This document shows, in pieces, positions 1-10,400 of a stretch of DNA of 64,000 bases; position 1 is the stretch's first letter; each line of letters begins with the position of its first letter. A program made the position numbers and the translations under genes. The stretch comes from Macrostomum lignano. Lineage: Eukaryota. The notes beneath the pieces are model-generated. The model had not been told where the DNA came from and did no database searches. It worked only from the letters and a program-made list of their open reading frames with translations. The DNA is taken from assembly GCA_002269645.1 (NCBI GenBank), contig NIVC01000434.1, forward strand, positions 540,199 to 604,198. The letters run 5' to 3'.

Positions 1-471
1 TGCCTTGCAACTGCTATAATGTGCTATAAACTTTATTTATTTCAATGTAGACTAGATCTAAACTTTTGCATTAAGCAAACAAAGTTTGTAGACTAAATAT
101 ATTTTAATAAGTAGAACTTGATTGTTTAAAGTAAATCAATTTGGGAGTAAATCAAATTATTTCCTTTGTTCCATGCTATAGAGGGGCTACTTGACTTTGT
201 CTATCTTATTTTTGCCTAACAAAATGTTAGGAGGTTATATAATATATTAAATATATAAGTAGACCTAAGCCTAGATAGTTATTTAAAATCATTTATGCTT
301 TTGGCTAGACTTAGCCAACTAACTGATAAGGGCCTATTCTTCATTAAAATACTTATAAGCCATGATATTTATATAAATAGATTCTAGGCTAGAGCATATT
401 TTGGCTAGGTCAATTATGACTTTGCAAATGTTTATACCATGCTGCAGCAAAAGTTGATTAGGCCTAATAAT

Positions 472-1047
472 CAGTATTAGGCACTTGTCTATTAATAAGC
501 ATTAAGATTTTTCATTACTGTTAATAGACTACCATGCCATTAAGATTTTGTTGCACTAATGGATTAACAAATTTGCATTAGACCTAATGCTTTTATGATT
601 TAAAGACATTCATTAATGTTAATCACAAGTGAATACAAGAGTAAGAACAAAGGTGCAAAGATCATAAATATGTCTGACAAGTAGTTATATTATAAATTTA
701 ATTTACCTACATGTCTAATTAGTCTTTCTGTTTATAAGGATAATCATACAATTTAACATCTTCTTACTTTCAGTTACAATGTATTGCTTTTATTATTAAA
801 ATATGATATAATTCTTGCTTACACATAGGCATTATTTTATTTAATTTTTTACCCATCTTTAGTAACTTTCTGCTGCGCCTGCTAGTGCAACTGAAACAAC
901 TTTAACAAATTTAAATTTTCAAATAAAGAAGTTTTTCTTACTTTATACCACCTTTAGTAGCCTCTTATGTATATAAGTTTTTTCTTATACATGCATCATT
1001 TGTTATTTAATAAATTGTAAGTCACTTTGATAACCTCTCTGTGTCAG

Positions 1048-1087
<40 letters not shown>

Positions 1088-2590
1088 ACGCAAAGATATT
1101 ATGGTGGGCGTCTTGCGCGCACGCGCTCGCAGAAGAGACTAGAAGGACAGTTTGTGGCAGATTGTGGGGTCAGGTTAATGGCTTGAAGGTCAGACTCAAG
1201 CGTGGCGGTCAGCGTGGCGGTCCGGCCTTGGCCCCGTCAGAGACGCTCGGTTGGCTGATGTAGCAAGGTTAGCGCCAGCGGGTTTTGCTCCCCTCTGCCG
1301 TAGCTGCGGAGGCAGTGGCCGACGAGCATTAGCCGGCGCCGCTGCAGAGTGGCACTGAGCTGAGGCACACGGGCTCTCGCCATCAGCTGGTCCGTCGGCA
1401 GCCGCTCTGGGTAATGGATGCCAAGGGCGAACCGCAGCAGCGATCGGTAGGCAGCGTCCAGGGCTCGGGACCTCGAGTCGGTCATTGGCACTGCCTCCAG
1501 TCCGTACAGGAAGATTGGCTCTACGGCAGCGCGGAACAGGCGCATCTTCACGTCGTCGTTGGCAGCTGAGCTGAAGACCTCCCTGAGGAGATGAGCCGCG
1601 CGCCAGGCCTGTGACCTCCGGTCGGCGATGATGGAGTCAGGGCTCATCACGAGGGAGCCCAGGTACCGGAAGTCTCTGCAGGCTGAAATGACTTGTCCAT
1701 CTGGTAGGGTCAGGATTGGTGCTGCATCGGTGCCCATGTGCAGCACTTCCGTCTTGCGTGCGTTGATTTGCAGTCCGACTCGGGCGCTCTCCTCATAGAG
1801 TCTCGAGAGCGCTCTCTGGGCGGCAGTCGGACTGCGGCACAGCAGGGCAATGTCGTCGGCGTATGCGAGGGCGGGCAGAGGGGCAGCACCGCGGCGGGAG
1901 CTCCGGCGTGACGCCAGCAAGTAGCTGTCCTCCTCTGTGAGGCTTCGGCGCAGCACGTAGTCGACGACAAGGATGAAGAGCAGTGGAGCCAACGTGTCAT
2001 CTTGGAGGACTCCAGAGCTGGTGCAGAAGTCCTCAGTTGGGCCATCGCTGGTTTGGACAAAGGCTTTGCTGTTGTTGTAGAGGTCCATCACTGCAACGAT
2101 AAGAGCCGGAGGGACGCCATAGTGTTTGAGCAGCCACGCGATCGCGCGCCGGCACACTGAGTCAAAAGCTTTGCGGAAGTCCACAAAGACAATTGACACA
2201 GCTCTTTGGTGAGTTTTACAGGCCTCGACGACTGCTCGAAGGGCTGCAATCTGCTCTGTTGTCGAGCGACCGGGCCTGAAGCCACTTTGGAGGCTCAGGA
2301 TCATTTGGTTGAGGCCAGGCAGCAGCCGATTACGCAGTATAGCATTGAGCAGCTTAGCCAGAGTGCATTCCAGAGCGATGCCGCGTTGGTTGTCCAGACT
2401 GGTGGATGCGCCCTTCTTGGGGATGGAGACGATCTTAGAGGTGCGCCAGCTGAAAAGATAGAAAAGCAAAAACAATGCATTATAAAGTTTGTTTTTTTTT
2501 GAGAAAAAAGGTGCAAAATTTCTGTATGTTCTGTGTTAACATTAACAGATTAATAACAACTATATGTATTATTTAATAACTTATTTTAAA
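472..2590 (-). mobile_element. Degraded, truncated non-autonomous hAT MITE (same family as 8155-9020 and 9085-9967), split by the LINE
   Basis: 472 begins cagtattaggcac (decayed TIR cagtgttgggcac). 472-1049 and 2447-~2590 are the reverse complement of contiguous MITE interior (ccatctttttagcaaaacacagagg in the 9085 copy). The far TIR is not seen. Confidence 0.75.
1050..2446 (-). mobile_element. 5'-truncated non-LTR retrotransposon (RTE-like LINE) with reverse transcriptase and (TA)n tail
   Basis: ORF 1237-2475 has RT motifs QSGFRPGRST, FVDFRKAFDSV, GVLQDDTLAP (QGD changed to QDD), YADD and FRYLGS. TGA at 1237-1239 looks premature: the frame continues RGQGRTATL to TAA at 1099-1101, followed by about 15 nt and the (TA)n tail at 1049-1084. 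CAGCT occurs at both junctions (1045-1049, 2447-2451). Confidence 0.92.
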
Positions 2591-2760
2591 TAAAATGTCG
2601 ACCAACCTAATCTATACATAGAGGATGAGGAGAATCTGGTATAACTACTCGTAGTTACCATTGACAATGCATAGAATACAGTTCAGAAATAAATAGAATC
2701 TTGTGTAATTTGCCATTGATAAATGCATAGATTACAATACAGAACACAACTACTTTTCAG

Positions 2761-4413
2761 TCTGTAAAAGGCAACAATTTAGACCAGGCCCAGTCTCTGG
2801 CTGATGATCTAGAAACAGCTCTGGGTCCAAGTTCTCAGAATAAAGTTCAGACTTTGTTGCGTCGAATTGAATCGCTAACAGATGCTGAGCGCTTGCTGCT
2901 CTATACAATGCTACCAGCTGGAAAAGATGAACCGCCTACTGTTGCTCCGTCGGCCCGTCAGCGTGGCTTTCAATGGCTGAATCGCTCTCGAGTAGAGGTA
3001 ATAGTTATATCGCTGTATGCCGCTTTTGACTAGGTTTTTCGTTCTGATGATCCAAATGTCCTCAATTATAGCCAATGCTGACGGAGATACAGAGTTCTTG
3101 ACAGTTGGTGTCGCTAAAAGGCTTAGATTCTCTGTTTTTTTTAAAGATTATTGCTGTAGTACTTTATCTTAAATATTCTGAATGCTGTTGCTTTGAAACT
3201 TGCTCCATATTTGCATAGATATAGAGCAATTTTATAAACTTTGTATCAAGATCCGTGGAAAAACTTTTTTTGCTTGGGGATGGCAGGCAAGAGACCCTCT
3301 GGCTATAATATTTTTGCGCTGCAGGCGAGATGTTTTGAAGGAGCATATACTCAGCAACATCGAAAAGTTGACATCACAGAGGATTCCGTCTGTGATCGCC
3401 ACTTTTCAGAGTGCAGGTAAAGTCTCTTAATCTTTGCGAGTGACGCAACTCGGCTATGCCGCGGCAGACTTGAGTTAAGGAATAAAGTGGGGGAGCGGTG
3501 TGCGAGAAGGGTTGGACGGATTAAGGCTATCCCGATCCGTTTTTTCGTATCTTTTGTTTCAAAATAGTCCAAGAGAAATTGCTCGCTGGCGCATAGAGTG
3601 GCCACTTTTCAGTGTTGCTGAGTACGAGTACATGATCCCTCATTTACAATATGGGTGCTTGGCGTCTTCTAAACTGGCCCCTTGGCGTCTTCTGGACAGC
3701 ACTCCAGTCTCCATTGTAGTTTGGCAATAATCTCCATCTCAATGCTAAGGGACACTGCCTTGGCTAGGGACTTCAAGAGTTACTCGTAGTTGTTACTAGA
3801 ATGGCTGATTATCATTAAGTCTCAGCTTTGATCCAAGAAATATCAGCACTTATTAGTGCAACACTAAGTCCGGTCTATTCTATAAAAATCCATTGTGCTG
3901 CTCATTCAGAAACGCGACTCAGATTCAGCGGCCGACTCCGACGCTAGAGCCTTAGTTCTACTCTGGGCTGAGCAGAATCTCGGCGCCGCATTCTCTTCCG
4001 TTGCGCAATTGTCGCGCCACCTGCTGCAGAATCCGGCCGCTGCGCAGTCCTCGTCTCGATTGCAACGAATGCACTGTAGGCAGCAGCAGCATCCTGATGC
4101 GACTCTCATTGATGAAGATGACGATGACGACGAAGAACTCGAAGACGAACTTAACGACGGCTTCGATGGCGCATTCGACGACTTTGGAGCTGGCGGCGCA
4201 AACGGATCATCCGATGTGACGCTCATGTCGCCCGTGTTTTATTCCGCTCTGGACTTCACCGCTGCTGCCAATGGCGGCCCGGGCAGCGGCAGTCACTTAT
4301 GGCAGCAGCGTGGCGTAGGTGGTCTTCGCCGACCAACAGACGGCTGCGGCGAGTCGCCGCCGCCTACGACTGGTACTGGCAATAGCGCTGAGCATAGCAG
4401 TAATGACCAGTGA
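2761..4413 (+). CDS. RFX7: RFX5/RFX7-like protein, two exons (2761-2997; 3910-4409/4413), winged-helix DNA-binding domain not found
   Basis: Exon 1 (ttttcag acceptor, gtaata donor) encodes QNKVQTLLRRIESLTDAERLLLYTMLPAG...RQRGFQWLN, resembling RFX7 [29 protein letters not shown]...QQMHAFSWI. Exon 2 (phase 0, cattcag acceptor) encodes DARALVLLWAEQNLGAAFSSVAQLSRHLL, resembling the RFX7 post-DBD [36 protein letters not shown] donor at 4410 may continue the gene. The start exon is unresolved. Confidence 0.72.
3350..3622. mobile_element. 273-bp MITE with TA flanks (Tc1/mariner-like), copy 1
   Basis: TIRs ctcagcaacatcgaaaagt / acttttcagtgttgctgag; TA at 3348-3349 and 3623-3624; homologous inverted copy at 14648-14911. 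Confidence 0.85.
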
Positions 4414-5718
4414 GTGTATCAGCTGGTTGATAAAATCAAGTGAGCCTGCATTGAGTAAAAATATTGTGGTGTCTCATTAATATTGGGCAACTATTGGATA
4501 GCCTTGAAATGCTGAATCTTTTTCTCTGCTTTTTATACTGTACGTTACTCTGTACTTTCCTTTGTTTTATCACACCTTATACTTAAATCTTACAGCTTAT
4601 GTAAAAGTAAGAAAGGGATGTTTCATAATTGTCATAATGCCCAATTTTCACGCTTTATAAATATTGAGTATTTATGGCAACTTTCTTTAGTAGCTTCCGA
4701 TTTCTTTCGAATTGAACTTAGCAAATCTTATTTGCATTTGCATTTTCGTGTTGTAGACACATGCTTTGTAACGGAATTTACTCGTAATTAAAGTAACGGT
4801 TTCTCTAATTCTACAAGTTTAATATTTTGTTCGCTGAAAGTACTGAAATTTACCACAGGTTTTCAGTTTGTATTAAGAAATATAAATTACTTTGTAAACT
4901 TTTACAAATTCCTTGATACGAGCGTGACACCTCTATTAAGGTTTTCCCTGTGAAGACTACTGATTTATTGTGTTTTTTGTGATTTTACTTTATTTACTGT
5001 ATTTTAGCCTTGTTCAGGGGCGTCGCCACCGGGGGGACAGGGGACACATGTCCCCCCAGTAAATCTATGGGGGGGGGGACATGCCAATGCTTTCCCCCCA
5101 CCCCATCTTTGTTGACCTGTTATGGTAATCAATAACTTTGTTTCTGGGCGACAAAAATAGTGCCTGTGGTGCTAAAATGAGTGCCTGTTGCGCTAAAATT
5201 GTGTCTGCGGCAGTAAAATCGTGCCTGCGGCGCTAAAATGATCGCTGACAACCCGGATTCTGAAAATAGGGTACATGTAGAAATTTATTCTGAATCCATG
5301 AAAACGCGCCCCTGGCCTTAGTGTCAAAAACTCTCTTTTACTAGTTACTCTAGGAAGCAAATTTATGACGCATCAACAATTTTGGCGCTTCTATATTAGT
5401 ACTACTATTCAATTCCACGAACATTTTGCTGGTAAAGTTGAGTAATTCTTGGTGCTGACTACTCTGATCCTAATCACAGAGAATTCTGTAATTCTAATGC
5501 TAACTGCATCGCATGTTGCTATCTAGATGAAGTTATTCTAGCAAAATTCTTCAAAAAAGAACGGCCATGGGTTTAAAACTTTCCAGGATTGCAGAATTTG
5601 ACGCCGCGCAGTCAATCATTAATCATTAAATATTCAAGTCAATCATTAGTCAATCATTAATCATCAGTCAATCATTAATATGATTTTAATCATATTCAGA
5701 ATTCAGATGCAGTCAGTT

Positions 5719-5891
5719 CAGTAGTGCAACCAGAAATTTTTTGAGGGGGGGGGCGGATTTTGGATGGTAAAGACCCGGGAGGGGTGGCTCTGCTCTTGAC
5801 GAAAATTCGCTTGCCCCCCTTTTTTGATTTTTTCCGGTCTCCGCCTGCCTACTAGGGGTGAGACCGACCGCCCCCCATGGTTGCGCCTCTG
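5719..5891. mobile_element. About 170-bp MITE
   Basis: Imperfect TIRs cagtagtgcaacca / tggttgcgcctctg with G-run and C-run interior. Confidence 0.55.
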
Positions 5892-6241
5892 AGTCATTTT
5901 ACTGATTACAATTAAGGTCGTGTTGATAGCTAGTTATAAAATTAAAGCGACACTTGAGCTTAAACTTAATTTGGGAATTTAGAGCTTAGAAGGACATTTA
6001 GTCGACAATAATTACCTTGTCGCCAAGGTTCATTTGTTTATTACATGTATGTAAGTCAAACGGCGGAATTACATGTAGATCGATGTGTGCAATTATATTT
6101 TACAGTTCAAATTGAAACAATTACGATCGATATACGAGCTTGTATTTCAGATATTAAAATTTAAGTTGATGCTTTGCTAAGGTTTTATTAAGAAAATTTA
6201 CTTGCTTAAGAAGTTTTCTTCGAAAAAAGCACATTAATGGC

Positions 6242-6710
6242 GGTCACTAGTCAGATCGTGATATTCCATTTCGTCATATCGGATGACGAAGTGACCCAGA
6301 AGCAAAGCAGCTTTGAAAAATAATATGACGAAGTGACCAAATATTTAGTTATGCTGGATACTTCGTCATCAAACCAATAAACCTGTGTGAGATTCGAGTT
6401 AGTGTAATAAACTATATTTTGTTTTTTTTAACTAAGCTGCGCGGCAAGCATGCAGAACCGATCGATTGACAGGTTTTATATCAATCGAGATGACAAAATG
6501 ACTGGGATCATTAGGATTCCAAGTAAATATTTAATCGCCACAATGATTCACTTGGAACCAATTAAATTATTATTGGTGATGACGAAATGACTCTTTTCAG
6601 GTAGTGCATGCTATACTAATTAAGATGACGAAGTGTCGATCCCTAGTCGAGGTAAGCACCCCAGACACCCCCAGATGACGAAATAGCAGATGACGAAATG
6701 ACTAGGAACC
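6242..6710. mobile_element. 469-bp non-autonomous DNA transposon with 8-bp TSD
   Basis: Perfect direct repeat ttaatggc at 6234-6241 and 6711-6718; imperfect TIRs ggtcactagtca / tgactaggaacc; repeated internal gatgacgaa(g/a)tga motifs. Confidence 0.8.
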
Positions 6711-7401
6711 TTAATGGCAGTCGTATTTTATCAGCAGATTGCATAAAATGTGTCTAATTATTGATCTTCCACTCTTTTTAAACTTTTAGTTGATAAACGA
6801 GAGTGCTTTCTTCAAGCAATATTTTGCATATTTCGCCAGAAATTTATATCAATTCGCTACGAGCAGACGTCATAGCACCTCCAGTATTCGGTTTACAGAA
6901 GTTGTTGCCCTTAATGGCCTCAATCCCTACCCCCAACTGTATCCATATGTAATTGATTAACTAGCTGGCGAATTAAGATATAAAACGTAATCAATTTTAT
7001 AAGTATTAAATATATATACATTATAAAATTTATACTCAATAAAACATTTTTATTCTTTTGATAATTAATCAAAGACAAATTTTAAAGTCTCTTTTTGTTA
7101 TTTTTATTAACATTAATTTAAAAAATTTAAAGCTTTTTCAACTTTTAAATATTCTGAGAAGTCCGTACCACCGTAATAGAGCTAAGACAGACAGTCGACA
7201 GTGCAACTCTACAAGTAGCTAATGTAACTGTTTGACCCTGAATTCAGTTTACAAAGTTGTAACATTTTATTTGTAACTGTCAGTGAATAATATAGTTAAA
7301 AATAAAAAATCATTAATATTGTCCCCCTAATCAACGGCAAATGATCTTTACTTTTTTACACTCTCTAAATATTTTAATAGAGAAATTGTTTTCTCTCCAA
7401 G

Positions 7402-10400
7402 AGCATTTAAGATCTGAGTCTGATACCAATGTGAATCCTGATAATGAGACTACATGCTGTATCATTCCTTTGAATACTAGAAAAGTAAATCTTGGAAATG
7501 TAGTTCAATACTTAGAAGAAAAAGGCTTCAAAGTTGTTGGCTTGAAACTATTCCCATCCTTACCTTCTTATGTTTTTACACTAGCTAAAATCAAAGAAGT
7601 AAGTTTCATTTGTTTGTGATATTTTGTTTTTTTGGTTAAAATGTGTCAATTGCTAGGCCTAGTCTATTCAATAAGTAGCTTCTAGTAAAAGATTAATTAA
7701 TAGTAGGTTTAACTATGCATTAGGCCTTTTTTAATAATTAAAATGAAAGTTTTATATTAGTCTAACTTAATCAATTATGTTATAGATAGCCTATAATGTT
7801 CTAGCCTACAAAGCTGCAAAAAACAATCAGTGTCAAACTTCTAGTTCTGTATTTTTCACATAGCTGCTTATGATATGAATTTTAAAACAACTAAACATAT
7901 TGCAGAGTATAAACTATGCTTAATGGTTATTTTTCACTAAAATGAGTGTTAGAAAACTTTTCTAGACTCTAGCAGTCAGATGCATCAGGCTTTTCCTATA
8001 AAACTTTAAGAGTAAATAGTTATAGGCCTAAATATAAATATTATATATTAATTTATACATTTTCATTATGCCTATAAAACTTAAAATATTTCTAAAGCTA
8101 TATGCAATAAAAGTTGAAAAAGCTATATCAAAATGATTATTACTCTTGTAGAATCAGTGTTGGGCACCATTAATGAAAATCTTAACTTTCATTAATGGCA
8201 AAGCATTAGCATTAAAATGAAAAAATCCTAACTTTTTAACTCTTAATTTAATTAAGCTACCTGAAAATTAAGCAATAATTATTAATAACCATTAATCCGT
8301 TAAAGTTAACAGAGAAAAATAGAAATTTTCACTTTTTCCAAAGACTTTATAATGCAATTGCTTTAGCTTTTCCATCTTTTTTGCAAAGCAAATAGGTCAT
8401 CCAAGCAATTTACAAGCTAAAAAAATAACAAAAATAATAATAATATTAAAAACTTGTATGTACAATACTACTAAAAGTAAGCACATAGTAAAAGAAGTAA
8501 CTTATTTAATTGAAACTTAAAAGCTAATTATTTAATTATAAAATACGAATAACAAGGTTGCTTTAGTAACATTAGCTGGCGCAGCAAAAAGTTACAAAAG
8601 ATTGGAAAAGAACTAAATCAAAGCAATCGATGCCCATAGATAAGCAATAAAATTCACAATTTTAATTCATTATTAAAGTTCATTAGTAAGAAGTTGTTAC
8701 ATCTACATGATCATTGTCATAAACAAAGAGATTAATTAGGCATTTAGGTACATTAGGTACATTTGAATAAATTCAAAATCTTGTAACTTCTTGTCAGACT
8801 TGTATTTTTGTTCTTTTTTGCGTTGTTGGTCATTGACACTGTCATCAATGTTAATGATAAATTTGTCATTAACTCACAAAATTATTAATGCAAATTTGTT
8901 CATCTGTTGGTACAAAAAATCTTAATAGTAGTCCATTAATGTTAATGAAAAATCTTAACACTTTTTTATTAATGCTTATTAATGGATTAATGCTTATTAA
9001 TAGACTGGTGCCCAACACTGTGAAGAATTACCTTTACAAAGAAAAAAATTAATATTTTCCTTGTAAAATTCTAGTGGCAATAGACAGTGTTGGGCACCGT
9101 TAATGAAAATCTTAACTTCCATTAGTAGCAAAAGCGTTAGCGTTAAAACAAAAAAAATCTTAACTTTTTAACTCCTAATTTTGTTAAGTTAACTGAAAGT
9201 TAACTGATAATCGTTAATAAGCATTAATCCGTCAAAGTTAACATAGAAAATACAGAAATCTTGCACGTTTTTTCCAAAACAGACTTCGTATTGTAGATCT
9301 TTGCTATTCCATCTTTTTAGCAAAACACAGAGGTCATCTAAGCAATTTGAAAGCTAAAAAAGTAATAAATAATAATTTTAAAAACTTGCATGCATAATAC
9401 TAACTAAAAGTAAAGCATATGGTAAAAAAGTAACTTATTTTATTTGAAACTTAAAAGCTAATAGCAAGGAATTCATAATTAAATATGCATATGAAGGTTG
9501 TTTCAGTACCATTAGCAGGCGTAGCAGAAAGTTGCGAAAGATTGGGACAGAAATGAATCAAAGCGATCGATGCTCACACGCAAGAAATAAAGTTTCACAC
9601 TATTTTAATTCATTATTTTAAAGTTTATTTGTAAGAAGTTGTTAATTATATGTATGTCTGTATGATCATCGTCATAAATAAAGAGATAATATTTAGGCAT
9701 ATAGGTAAGCTCAAATATGTTCGTAATGTTTAAACTTCTTGTAAGACTTCTATTTTTCATTCCTTCTTTGTGTCTTTGGTCATTGACATAGACACTACTG
9801 TTAACAATGAATTTATCATTAATTCACAATTTTTTTATTGCAAATTTGTTAATCTATTAGTTCAAAAAAATCTTAACAACAGTCCATTAATGTTAATGAA
9901 AAATCTTAACGCTTATTAACGCTTATTAACGGATTAACACTTATTAACGGACTGGTGCCCAACACTAGCAATAGATTGGGGAAAATAAAATTTTCTTTTT
10001 CCTATTGAATTTTTAAAATTATAGTTTGGCTAGCTATTTCTATATCAATTCTTTTTGGGTCTTACCTCAGTCAAGCATTTGTTCAATGTTTTTATCCAAC
10101 TTTAATGTTACATTAATGTTTATTGATTGTTTATATTTAAGTTATAGAAACTTATATATAAAATAATGAATAGTAGCAGTTTTGGAACTTTTCTTTAATA
10201 TAGTTGGGCTTATATATTCATATATATGCAACAGTGGTGTGACAAAGGGAATTGAAAAAAATAATGCAGGAGAAAAAATGCAATAAAAAATTCTTGCTCA
10301 GGAGAGCACAAGATAGTTTTGTAAAAAAAGTGGCATTAAAAAGTACTAGAAGTTAAATTAAAGGTTAAAGTGAGTTTAAAGACATCATAAAATATAACTT

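Noticed and set aside
2447-2475. Apparent splice acceptor (ttttcag) fusing the LINE RT to a host exon
   Set aside because: The pyrimidine tract is part of the interrupted hAT MITE; the ORF start MFLLFYLFS is MITE sequence.
2622-2638. 17-nt micro-exon (EDEENL) upstream of the RFX-like exon
   Set aside because: Phase-compatible and AG/GT-bounded, but too short to support without RNA data.
4409-7402. Direct RFX-NDK fusion transcript
   Set aside because: The donor at 4410 is phase 2 and the acceptor at 7401 is phase 1, and no convincing bridging exon was found.
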